This document shows positions 48,306 through 61,423 of a stretch of 64,000 nucleotides of DNA, piece after piece; the first letter of the stretch is position 1, and each line of letters opens with the position of its first letter. The position numbers and the translations under genes were made by a program. Location of the stretch: the NCBI RefSeq assembly GCF_009914755.1, contig NC_060930.1. The stretch is one strand, 5' to 3'. The stretch comes from the human T2T-CHM13v2.0 reference genome, Homo sapiens. Below the pieces are notes generated by a model, which did not search any database, was not told the DNA's origin, and saw nothing but the letters and a program-made list of their open reading frames with translations.

Positions 48306-49318
48306 GTTTATTCAAGAAAAAGCTGGGAGTGGCCCATTCAGGAGGAAAAGACTCCAGAGAAACAGGGTCAGTGCTCCAAACGTCAAAGGTAAGTTCTTAA
48401 TTATAGAGGCAGAAAACAAAGACATTAACAGGATTACAAAATTTTTTATACAAGGCTGGTTTAAGATGAAACTCTAATATATAGGACATAAATAAGACTT
48501 CTAAAGTGTGTTCTAAGAACACCTGCCAAAATTATCAAAATTCTGTCATTGTTCCTGGGATTCATTTAAAATGACAGGGCTGGGGACTCCTGGTTTAAAG
48601 TGGCATTGACTGAAGTTGGAATTTCTTCCAATTCTAACTAAATACCCATGGCAGTAGGACAGGGCATGTCCCATTTCTGTCTAGAGGAGCACAGTAGCTG
48701 GAAATGGGAGGGAGCTGGGAGCTGGACATTGCAGTCTGTTTTTTAGCTTGAAGAGGAGATTGACAGGCACCCAGGTAGATAGAAAGTGAGGCCGAGGACA
48801 ATATGATGTGTGTCTGTTGGTGGGCACCAGGTCTGGATCTGTTCTATTCATTGGAGGAGGAGGTGAGGAGAAACATAAAATCTGCGAAAAAATGCTGTCA
48901 AGTAGGAGGAAGGGAACACACATTTGAATAATCAGAGGAAGACAGAGCTCTAAAAATGAAACTCATTGGTATCCCTAAAGATGCTGTTTGGTACCACCTT
49001 TGAATAAAGCCATGCAGAGAATTCTTAAGATGCAAAAAGACGGATGTGATTGAAAAAGACTGATATTATAGGCAAAAATATTTTTTAATGCTTACCACAT
49101 GCCAGCAATGGCGCTCGGGGCTGAGGATATAATGATGAATAAAATTGCCATGATTCTTGTCCTCTCAGAATCTAGTGAGGTACCAGACAAGGGAACTGGC
49201 ATTTCCAATTCAGTGTGAAATGTGTGATAATAGGGTTGGCAGGGCACAATAGAAGCACGAGGACTCCGAGCCATCCTTGGCGGTCGTGGCAAGCTTCCTA
49301 CATGAAAGCTGGAGCTCA

Positions 49319-49849
<531 letters not shown>

Positions 49850-50118
49850 TCACATCCACATAGAGAGAATGCTGTTGAATGTCAAATGAGGGATGTGAAG
49901 AACCACCTAACGTATGTTGCCAGAATGCAGAGAAAAGGACTAAAAATATTGGCCGAGTGTGGGAGATGAGAGCTATCTAGGGGAGGGAAGAATGAGTCAA
50001 CGCAAGAATCTTAGGTATTCCTATGGGAAAATAGAAGCAACAACCAAAGACCTAATTAAACAAGTGTTTCTTGTGCTGAAAAGAACTTGAAGATGAAGAT
50101 CAAAAGAATCCACCACAG

Positions 50119-50427
50119 GGCTGGGCGCAGGGGCTCATGCCTGTAATCCTAACACTTTGGGAGGCTGAGGCAGGCAGATTGCTTGAGGTCAGGAGTTTGA
50201 GACCAGCCTGGCCAACGTGGAGAAACCCTGTCTCTACTAAAAATACAAAAATTAGCTAGGTGTGGTGGCGTGTGCCTGTAATCCCAGCTGCATGAGAGGC
50301 TGAGGCAGGAGAGAATTGCTCGAACCCAGGAGGTGGAGGTTGCAGTGAGCCGAGATTGCACCACTGCACTCCAGCCTGGGTAACAGAGCGAGGCTCCATC
50401 TCAAAAAAAAAAAAAAAAAAAAAAAAG
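50119..50427 (+). mobile_element. AluS
   Basis: TSD aaaagaatccac. Confidence 0.9.
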
Positions 50428-50889
50428 AATCCACTGCATTCCAAGAAAAAAGAATGACAACATTTTCACATTACAAAGATATAAGAAATAGACCATATGA
50501 GCATTCAGATAGAAAAAAGTAAGTTTCCTATGCAGGAACAAAAATCTCTCTGGCCATAGGCTTTTTTTTTAAATTTTTTAATTTTTTTATTTTTTGCAAC
50601 ACCCAAGATCAGAAGACAATGAAACCACACGTAGTAGAGTTTTCAGGGGGAAATGTTGGGAACAACCTCATGCCCAACTAAGTCTGTTGTCTTTCAAGGC
50701 AACAGCATATACTTTCAGATTTGCAAGGCCTGGTACCATAGACCTTCCCGTCCTTTCATTAACACATCTCAAAGATCTGCTACTCAAAAGAGTGGTCAAA
50801 ATGAAGATCTCAGTAATGAGGAGATCATGATCCACTTTAAGACCAGCATTGTTCATGCTGGACCCACACACAGGTATTTGATTGGCCTC

Positions 50890-51145
50890 CATGTGGTCTG
50901 GTCAGTTCTGTGGCCACGGGCTGTGGTTTGGCCTGCAAGAACCTCCTTGAGCTGCTCCTCTTAAGGTCTCCGTCATTTCCCGGAAAGTGGATTTCTTGCA
51001 TCACATGCTTTACCTCATGTTTCAGAAGAAATGTCATGATTGATGACCACATGAAACTGATTTGGCTCCAGGGTCTGTAATATTGGCCAAACTATTTACA
51101 TGGTTGAGAGCCAATGCCGAGAAGAACCAAACACTTCCTCTTCCT
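50890..51145. promoter_or_regulatory. Candidate immune enhancer (STAT GAS, RUNX, PU.1/ETS and IRF half-site motifs)
   Basis: CATTTCCCGGAAAG at 50974-50987. RUNX sites at 50892-50898, 50922-50928 and 51045-51051. GAGGAAGTG (minus strand) at 51132-51140. Confidence 0.45.
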
Positions 51146-51216
51146 CAAAACCAGAGCTGTGTAGTGCATCGTATTCATCATTAGCATCACCAAGAGCTTC
51201 ACATGTTTTCTATGTC

Positions 51217-51352
51217 TTTTTTTTTTTTTTTTTTTTTTGAGACAGTCTGGCTTTGTTGCCCTGGGTCTGCTCTTGAAATCCTGGACTCAAGTAATCCTTC
51301 CACCTTAGTCTCCCAAAGTGCTGGGATTACAGGCGTGAGCCACTGTGCCCAG
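51217..51352 (-). mobile_element. Alu left monomer / FLAM
   Basis: Single monomer with tail. Confidence 0.8.
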
Positions 51353-51796
51353 CTGTTGTCTGCATCTTTAAGACTTCAATGGTTACCTGATTTCTCTGAC
51401 TTTTAACTAGGAAGGAATAGTAAAAGGTCTAAGCAGCCACGTTGTCAGAAAGCTTCAGTTCATACTGTCCTCCACCTGGGACTTGTGAATGTCCCTGTGT
51501 TACCTATGGCTGGACTCAGTATATTCATTATGTTCATATAATGCAAATATTTAGAAGTGAGGCTGACCTGTTTTTTATATTTTTTAAAGTAAATCTCAGA
51601 ATCAGAGAAATTATCATTTCCTTTTGATCTAAGAAGTTAGTGACTCACTTTAGTAAGAGAAATATTTTTAAAGGCACAGAAAAAAGACTAAGAATTATAA
51701 TAATATAAGAAAATATTTCTGACTAGAAATATTACAGTATAACTATTGCTGGGTAATTAGCCCTCCGCCCACCTCTGAAATTACTGACTTGAACAA

Positions 51797-52265
51797 TGTA
51801 TTTGGAACCTTCAGAAACAAAGCCAATAGTGTATAAATACATACATTATAAGACCTTTATTATAGGGAATTTATTATGAGGAATTGGCTCATGGATTGTG
51901 GAAGATGAGAAGTCCCATAGTCTGCCATCTGCAAGCTGGAGACCCGGGAAAGCTGGTGGTACAGTTCCAGGCTGAGTCGAATGGCCTGAGAACCAGGGGC
52001 ACTTGATGGTGTAAGCCCCAATTTGAGGGCAGGAGAAGACTGATGTCCCAGCTCAAGTAGTCAGGCAGAGGGAGCAAGTTCTACCTTTCCAGGCCTTTTG
52101 TTCTGGCCTGCAATGGACTGGGGAAGGAACACTGGGGAAAGCAATCTGCTTTACTCAGTCTATGATTCCAGTGTTAATCTCATCCAAACACCTTTACAGA
52201 CATACCCAGAATAAGGTTTATCTATTCAGGCATCTTGTGGTCTAGACATAAAATTAACCATCACA
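51797..52265 (-). mobile_element. MLT2B-type solo LTR nested in an older MLT1 LTR (~51745-52600)
   Basis: Ends aaattaaccatcaca; TSD AACAA. Confidence 0.8.
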
Positions 52266-52643
52266 AACAACATGCATTTATTGTGCTCAAGGGTTCTGTG
52301 GATCTGGAATTTCAACAGGGCACAGGAGGGAGGATTTGTCTTTATTCCCTGGTGTCTGAGACCTCAGCTCAGTAAGACTCAAGCTGGCAATGACTTGGTA
52401 GCTGGGGGCTGGAAGCATCTGGAAGCTCTTTCATTGCCCTGCCTGGTGCCTGGGTTGTCATGACTTGAATACTAGGATTACTGAGCGGAGCAGTCACCAG
52501 CTTGCCCAGATTCAGAGAAAGGGGGACACAGACCCCAACCTCAATCAGCAGAGTAGCAAAAGAATTTCTGGCCATACTTTCCAAAACGACCTGGTAATAA
52601 CTTGTTAACATCGGTTTTCTTTGGCTCATAGGATTTGGGATGG

Positions 52644-53116
52644 TGTTCTGTGTTGAACTGTGTCCCGCCACCCCCTTCCAAATTCATATGTTGAAGTTCT
52701 AACCCCCACTACCTCAGAATGTGACTATTTGGAAATCGTGTGTTAATTACTTAAGTTAGAATGAGGTCATACTGGAGTGGGGTGGGCCTCAAATCTAATA
52801 AAACCAGTGTCCTTATAAGAAGGGGAAATTTGGATACAGATTTGCACACTGGGAGGACACCATGTGAAGATGAAGGGAGAGGTCAGTGTAATGTTCTGTC
52901 AACCAAGGGATGCCAGAGATTGCCAGTAAAACACCAGAAGCTAGCTGGGAGGTGTGGAACAGACCCTTCCCTCACAGCCCTCAGAAGGAACCAACCAGCC
53001 CTGCCAACACCTTGATCTTGCACTTCTGGCCTTCAGAACTGTGAGACAAAAAATGTCTGTTGTTAAACCATGCAGTCTGTGGCACTTTGTTATGACAGCC
53101 CTCGCCAACAAATACA
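52644..53116 (+). mobile_element. MLT1B/C solo LTR
   Basis: TG...CA termini; TSD GATGG. Confidence 0.8.
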
Positions 53117-53647
53117 GATGGTTTTAAGGTTTTTTATACTTTTCATATTTTTGACAGGTAACATATATTTCTTTAATAATGAGAAAAATAGATTTGATTT
53201 AATTTAATGTTTTCAATTTCTTTGTTCCGTAAAAACATGAAAATATGCCAAAATCTTTCCATGGTTGTGTCTAGGTAATGTGACTACAGGTAATTAAAAA
53301 AATCCCATCTACTGAAAACGTTTTCTCTAATGAGTATGTGTCACCCTTATTATGGTGAGGAAAAGAAGGCTGGAAAAGCCACCATGGGAAGTAGAAAGAG
53401 CACCTGCCCTGGGTCCCACTCCGCTGGGGAGTAGCTCTGAGTCCGGCTCCCAGTGTGTAACAGGGGGAGTCTTCCTCAGTGTTGGGAGAGGCAAATGCAT
53501 GCATCTATGCAGACACACACAGAATCCCGGAATCCAGTATCTGGCGCTGGGGCCTGGTGAGCTGCACTTTGCCTCCATTCTCCACAGTGTGGTTTACAAC
53601 CTGTGGCTGTGATTACGAGTGGTGGTGGAAGATGTCAGTACTTTAAG

Positions 53648-53820
53648 ATATACATATATATATTTTAAAATATCTATATATGGATATATATTATATCTAT
53701 AATATATAGATTATATATCACCTATATATAGATAATATATATATAGAGTACTATATATATATAATCTATCTATCCATCTATATGAGAGAGAGAGAGAGAG
53801 ACAGAGAGAGAGACAGAGAC
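53648..53820. repeat. TA-rich low-complexity sequence plus (GA)n Alu tail
   Basis: Direct inspection. Confidence 0.8.
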
Positions 53821-54104
53821 AGAGTCTTGCTCTGTCACCCAGGCTGGAGTGCGGTGGTGTGATCATAGTTAATTGCAGCTTTAAACTCCCTGGGCTCATG
53901 CAATCCTCCCACCTCAGCCTCCTGAGTATCTGGGGCCACAGGAGCATACCACCATGCCTGGCTAATTTATTTATTTATTTATTTTGTAGAGAAAGCATCT
54001 CCCTTATGTTGCCCAGGCTGGCCTCAAACTTCTGGGCTCAAGTAATCCTCCTACTTTGGCCTCCTGAAGTGCTAGGGTTACAGGCATGAGCCACCATACC
54101 TGGC
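53815..54104 (-). mobile_element. AluJ
   Basis: Alu consensus match. Confidence 0.9.
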
Positions 54105-54245
54105 CACAAAAAATATTTCAACCACAATCATGTCTCTTTTCATGCTGACTTACCTCGTTGAATGGCCCTGGAGTGGTCATGGGGATTTTAGGACTAGGCT
54201 AAGGGAAAGCTGACTTATGGATATATTTAGTTTGATTTCAGTGAA

Positions 54246-54611
54246 TGTCTTAATCCATTTCAGCTGCTATAGCAAAATTCCATAAACTGGATGGCTTATA
54301 ACAACAGAAATTTATTTCTCACAGTTCTGGAGGCTGGGAAGTCCAAGATCATAGCACCAGCAGATTTGGTGTCTGATGAGGGCCCCTTTCCTGGTTACAA
54401 ATGGCACTTTCTCTCTTAATGTCCTCATGTGGTGGAAGAGGTGAGGGGTCTTTCTCAGGCCTCTTCCATAGGGCACTAATCCCACTCATGAGGGCCCCAG
54501 CCTCATGACCTCATCACCCCCCCAAATGCACCACCCCTTAGTAGCATCACCTTAGGGGTTAGGATTTCAACCTAGGAATCTTGAGGGAACCCAAACATTC
54601 AGGCCATAGCA
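54246..54611 (-). mobile_element. MLT1A-type solo LTR
   Basis: Motif 'aacagaaatttatttctcacagttctggaggctgggaagtccaagatc'. Confidence 0.8.
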
Positions 54612-54849
54612 ATGGGATTTACTTATGTGCTTTGCAATCACTTCCTTAAGTAGGTAAGTTATTCATAACTATCCTGGGGTGGGAGGGGCTTTCAAAGATA
54701 GTCCTACTGACCACTGTGCCTACTCACCAGGCTTGTGACGTGTGCTACGAGAAGAACACTTTTTGCAGAGCCTAACATTGGCAGTATGTAGGTAGTAGAG
54801 GAACATTTGAAATATATAGAACCAGCAGTCTGCAGGTATTTTTCCAGAT

Positions 54850-55343
54850 TTTATAGCTCCTATATGAAAAACACTTGGCAGAGATTTCTCCAAATTTGTC
54901 AATAATTCTAAAAATTTACATGACATTATCAATGAGTTGAGAAGCTGAAATAAATTATTCTAAACTATTAATGTTGGAAAGAACTCCAAATTTTAGCCAA
55001 ATTAAAGGAAAAACAACTTTTATTCTCACTATAGAAAATAATTTTAAATCTTTATTTTTTAGGAAAAAAGTGTTTTAAAAGAGCATGCAACTAAAAAAGA
55101 TAGGAAAGGGAGCACTACCGAAATGTCCCAGGCAGTTAGTAAAAATGTTATTTCATATTTTGGTGAAAAATTTTGTTTGCTGTATTTGTCAGCGTTATTA
55201 AATTTATGCTTTATGTTTTTTTGTTCTAGATACATATTTGTGTTTATGATTAAATTTGCATTTGTAAGTTTGCCTTCTTTTTCTTGTAGAGAGCCTCCAA
55301 AATTATAAAAACACAGAGCCCCTCAAAATCTGAGTCTGACCTG
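54850..55343 (+). mobile_element. hAT (Tip100/Zaphod-like) relic
   Basis: Resembles the hAT dimerization-region end and terminal sequence. Confidence 0.4.
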
Positions 55344-57146
55344 AAGGAGCCCAGCTTTCAAATCGATCCTTGTTTTCCCACAAAGTTGTTATTTGAGTCT
55401 GATGCTACTATTTAGAATTGTAGGTTCTCTGTTTTTCCATTTCCTACAGAAGAACTCAGATTGAGAAAAGCTATTTACCAATCATTTCCTTTTAACCTAA
55501 AAGGTTTCAGTGACTCTCTCTAGCAAGAGTTTGAGGGTGCATGCTATTTACCTAGTCAGAGCAAAACCATGATTCAGAGTGTGAGAAAATGGCTCTCATT
55601 TTCCTAGGAAGTTTTCAATATAAAAACATGCTGTGCTTTTGAATGAAAAGTAAAATTTAAAGCCAATGGATGGAAATTTCTTGTAAGAAGATGTAAAAAA
55701 CCCCTAGCTGTTTCTATTCTTGAAAATAAGAGTTGTTTTTTCACAGGGTCTAAGACTTGAATACATTTTTTCGAAATGAATTTGGCCTGTTGTATTAAGG
55801 CCTGTGATAATACGATTTCATTCCTTGGTGCAGCTCCTTAAGTACCTTCCTTCTGTAGCCACTGTGCTTTGGTGTTTTAAAGTTAAAAAACTCAGGAAAA
55901 AATAGTCTTGGGTCATAAAATTACATTTGCATATATGGGGTTTTAATTTGAAGCCAGGGGTTTCTTTGCCTTTATCTCTGATCAAAGATAAGCTTCACTT
56001 ATTTTGCTGAACTTATTCTGTGGTTTAAAAAATATTTCCTGTTTTAAAATATAACAGATCTGTTACAGAAAGAACATAAACTAAGTATCCAGCCTAGAAT
56101 ATTTGTCCCCTTTCCCCTATGCTGGGATGGAGAAAAAGAAAAGAGCATGTCTTCAGAATACAGTAGCCTTATGTTAAAATGTCAGCTCCATCTTTCATTA
56201 GCTGTGTGACCTTGGGCAAGTTACTTAGTCTTCTCATCTATTAAATCATGCGTATTAATATTCATCTTGTGAAGTTGTGAAAATTACATGATAAATTAAA
56301 AACAAGAAAACAATCAAAAAACCTTTTCCCATCTAGTTATAGTAAGTACCTGGCACAAAAAGGAACTAAGCAAACACTTAAAATATGAGAAAGATAAGGC
56401 CTTAAGCCTGCTCCTGAGGAGTGTGGAATCTGGAATATGGCAGAAAAGAAGGATCAAAGGGGAAGGGTTAAATTATGGAGCATTTGAAGTTGGTGCATTT
56501 CGAAGGAAGTGGTGGAAAGAAGTTGAGTGATTCTAGTTTGGAGAAAGTTTTATATAAAGCTGAGGAGTAAGTGATAAATTACATGTAGGGGACCACTGTT
56601 ATATTTTCTTGGTTGAATTAAAGAGTAGAAGTTCATTTATTTCTTTATTCTTTTATTAATTCAACAAACATGTAGTGAAATGTTTAACATGTGCCAGGAA
56701 GTTTTTTTAGTTCTGGAGAATACAAAGAGAAAGGAGACCCATTTCTCACCCTTAAGGAAGTTATAGTCTACTGGGAGGAGAGAAACAGGAAAAAATGGTA
56801 GATATTAAAATGTGGGGTACAAAAGAGAAAGGGAGGGAGGTGGGGTCTGTGAGTTCTTTAGGTGTCAGAGGTAATTCTTGAGCTGAGGTGTCTGCATGGC
56901 TGCGAAGGTCCGGTGGCAGGGTGTGTGGACTGTGTAGACATTGTAGGTAGGGAACTGGAATGAACGAAGTCCCAGGTGTACATCAGCTTTGCATGTGTGT
57001 GGGAGCTGCTCCAGAGTAACAGCATGTGGGGTCAGTGATGGAGGGCTGGCTTGCATGCATCAGCACAAGCCCGTGAGGGGCCACGTCAGGGAATAATGAC
57101 AGTGGCTGTGGCAGTGACTCCAAGAACAAATAGATGTAACCTAGGG

Positions 57147-57194
57147 CAGGGGTCCCTGATGCCTGGGCCACGAACCGGGTACTGGGTACTACTG
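57147..57194 (+). mobile_element. 48-bp internally deleted MER1-like hAT-Charlie element
   Basis: caggggtccc...ctg ends; 8-bp near-TSD acctaggg/ctctaggg. Confidence 0.55.
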
Positions 57195-57315
57195 CTCTAG
57201 GGGAAGGTCTGAAAGACCAGGTGAAAGGGTGGGATTTGAAAATTTTGGGAAACATGATGAAGGTGGGGTTTGGAATGTGAGGCTTCCAATTGTATATACT
57301 GCTCAAATTGCATGA

Positions 57316-57540
57316 GGAGGTGGCGCATGCCTGTAATCCTAGCACTTTGGGCCCAGGAGTTCAAGACCAGCCTAGGCAACATGGCGAAACCCTGTCTGTA
57401 TAAAAAATACAATAAAAGTAGCCGGGCCTGGTAGTGGACTCCTGTAGTCCCAGCTACTCAGCAGGCTGAGATTGGAGAATTACCTGAGCCCAGGAGGTTG
57501 AGGCTGCAGTAGGTGCCAGATTGAGACTGTTTAAAAAAAA
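57316..57540 (+). mobile_element. AluJ with two internal deletions
   Basis: Alu consensus match with gaps. Confidence 0.8.
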
Positions 57541-58193
57541 TTGCGTGGGGAAGACAGCTGAGACAAGGATATTAAATAAGAAGACATTTTATAAGCCTGG
57601 CCATTTGAAGATATAGGCTTAGACCAGTAGATTGTAATTTAAATTTTACTTTTTTATTTTCCAACTCTTTAATCTCTAGGAATAACTGGAAATTTTAAGA
57701 AGTTACTATCTCTGCTATGGGGATGGATAGTCAGACAGCAATGTTCACAAATTACTCTTGAAACTTGATGCAAACAACCTGTTTAAAAACTGATGTAACG
57801 AGAGGAATTTCATGGATGCAAATGAACACCTGTGAAAATTCTTCGGCAAGAACTGTTTCATTTAGCAACACCAGGTTAGCAGTTTGAGAGAGGATCTTTT
57901 TTGGGTCTACATGCCCAAATTTACAGACTGTTTTGCTACTTGAATCTGCCATAATGTTTGTTGAATAAATAATCTCTATCTTTGAGGGAGCTGTTGAATT
58001 TTTTTACAATCAAAATCCTGAAAGGAATACATTTAGATTGTATGCATCTCAATGTGCTCCGAGGCCTGTGGATGTTTGCTGTTCTTTTTAAAGAATTTAG
58101 GCATCTTAACTCTTGGCATATAAAATTATTCTTAGGAACGATATGGATATAATTCAAGTGTAATACCACCTATACATTTGCCAGAAATCACAG

Positions 58194-58194
<1 letters not shown>

Positions 58195-58252
<58 letters not shown>
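58195..58252. repeat. (TG)n(TA)n compound microsatellite
   Basis: Direct inspection. Confidence 0.9.
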
Positions 58253-58328
58253 CTTTTTCTCATTTCTAGTAACAATGAAAATCCTGTAACTTTTTGCTAC
58301 AGATGAAAATAACTGGGATCATGAATGA

Positions 58329-58711
<383 letters not shown>

Positions 58712-58934
58712 AACATGTTTCTGGTTTCTTAAGACTTTAGTATATTGTTCTTAACATTTATTTGGGATGTATTTGCATTTTTGGAAGCTGACCAGTTTCT
58801 ACACATATCTAAATGCCTCCTTACATTTGACAGTACATTTAACATGCTAAAGTACTTTTCTTAGATATGATCAATTTTATCCTTGAAATAAGCCTATTGG
58901 GAGCCATGGACACCAGCTCATTGTGGTGAGGACG

Positions 58935-61423
58935 CTGAACTCAATGGTGCAGATACAGTGGTGAAGGAGACACACACCCTGTGGTATGGTGGAGTAGACT
59001 CCTAACAGACCAACCCTGCCACAAATATAGCAACTATAAACTGGACAAACTACCAAAAGTAACTACTTAAGAGACCTGGGAAGTGAGCAAATGCAGGCAG
59101 AGGGGAGTTGAATCTTGGAGGAGAGTGTGAGTTTCCTGTTTTTCAGCCTTGTCCAAAAGATGGGCCCTGGTCACAAAGTGTCTGGGGGTGGCTAAAACTC
59201 CCATAGAAAGACTGCCATGTTTCTGGTCTAGGGAACCAGGGGCTGGAGCCTGGGGCAATCATGGCCACGAGAGTGAGGGAGAAATCCCAGAGAGGACAGA
59301 GCCAGAGAAGGGGGCACCCAAATGCTGTATCTGAACTCTGCCCAAGTCTCTAGCTGACCCGTGAACCACATGCACACAAACCAGATTCAAAGCCACTTGC
59401 AGCTAAGGTTTGGAGTACTGAATTGAGATTTGAATGGCCACTCACCATGAGAGACATGGAGTTTACAGCCTTCAGTGTAACCAAGTCAATTGCTTGTTAA
59501 AACAAAGTATCAACAGCCTTGGAATGAATACAACAGAATTTAGAGTCTTGACTTATGAAACATCCACCATGTCCAAAACTACTCAAAATATGAAGGACCA
59601 GGAAAATGTGATGTATTGGCAACAAAGAAGTTAATAAAAAGAGGTCAATTTCAGATGACCGAAATGTTGAAACTATTAGTCAAGGAATTTAAAGCAGCTA
59701 TTGTGCTCAATAGAGTGAAAAAAATGCTCCTAATAAATGAGAAGATAGGAACTTTTAGGAAAGAAACGGAAAATATATAAAGAAAATATACAAAAAGGGG
59801 AAATTTTAGAACTGACAAATACAATACATGAAAAAAAAATTGCTGGATGGGCTCTAATAGCATAATGGAGATAGAGAGGAAAGAACCAGTGAATTTGAAG
59901 ATAGAGCAATAGAAATTGTCCCATCTAAAGGAGGAGGAGAGGAGGAGGGGGGCGGGGGAAGGGAGTGAGAAACATAGAGAGCCTCAGGAATGTGTGGCAC
60001 AATATAAAAAAAACTGATATTATGGATAGTTAAAATATCAGGAAGAGAGGAGAAAAAGAATGGGATGGCAAATATTTGAAAAAATAGTGGCTGAAAACAT
60101 CCTAAATTTAATAAGATGTTTACATTTTCTGATTGGATAAGCTTTGTGAATCCCAAATGGGATAAATACAAAGAAAAACAAACTAGACACATCATAGTCA
60201 AACTACTGAAAACAAACAAAAAACAAAGAGGAATCTTAAAAGCGTAAATAAAAATGACACATTTTATATATAGGAGAATAATGATTTCAATGGTTGTGGA
60301 CTTCTCAGCAGAAATTATAGAAGTCAGGGACAGTCGAATGAAATTGTTGAAGTGCTTAAAGAAAAAACTGTCAGCTTAGAAATCTCTGTCTAGCAAAAAT
60401 ACCCTTCAAGAATGAAAGCAAAATGAAGACATCTTCAGATATCAGAAAACTAAGAGAATTCATCACCAGAAGACCTGCACTTCCAGAAGCTAAAGAAAGT
60501 TGTACAGACTGAAGGGAGATGATATGAGAAAAGGAATAAAAAGCATAAAAAATTATAAATATTGGAGTAAACATCAAAGACCAATTTTCCTCTTAATTTC
60601 TTTCACATATGCACAACTGTATAAAGGACATAATATTGACTTAAGGTTTATATCACATGTAGATAGATTTTATGGCAGCTATGGCATAAAAGATGGTGGC
60701 AGTGTTGGTGGTGTGGCCGGGGAGGGTAAATGGACCAGTAAAATTGCCAGTAGACTGAGAAGTTAAGGGATTATATTATAGTCTCTAGAGGAGCTTCTAA
60801 GAAATCATGCAAAAGACTAAAAGACCAATAGGTAAGTTAAAATGAAATTATAAAAATATTCACTTAATCCAAAAGAATATAGGAAAGGGAGAACAAGAGG
60901 GACTAACAGCAGAGGAGACAAACATAAAGCAAATAATAAAATAATACAGCATAACCAATTAGTTTTATCCCAGGAATTCAAGGTTTGTTTAACATTAGAA
61001 AATCAATATAACTCACCATATTAACAGAATAAAGGAGAAAAACCATCTGATCATTTTCATATGTAGATAAAAAATATGACAAAATTTGATATCCATTTAT
61101 AAGAAAAATTCTCACCAAACTGACTATGAAGGACTTCTTCAACTTCATAAAAAGCATCTATGAAAAACCTACGGTGAGCATTATACTTAATGGTGAAATA
61201 TTAAATGATATTCTACCAAACTCAGAAAAAAGGCAAATGTGCTCATTTTTTTTACCACTTCTACTCAATATTGAATTGGAGCTTCTAGCCACTGCAATAA
61301 AGAATGATAAAATGATAAAGATTGGAAAGAAGGAAGCAAAATCGTCCTTATTTGCAGGCAATACGATTGTTTACATATGATTGTTTTCTACATCCTAAGG
61401 ATCTAAAAAATAATTAGAAGTAG
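58935..61423 (+). mobile_element. Old L1M (ORF1 plus internally deleted ORF2), resuming at ~63843 after the MSTA insertion
   Basis: ORF 61126..61380 gives L1 RT-like IKSIYEKPT...SLFAGNTIVY. Confidence 0.8.

Noticed and set aside
57752-58169. Two minus-strand ORFs in unique-looking DNA with an acceptor-like ttcctttcag near 58020
   Set aside because: No recognisable protein similarity or partner exons; a homology search would be needed to support it.
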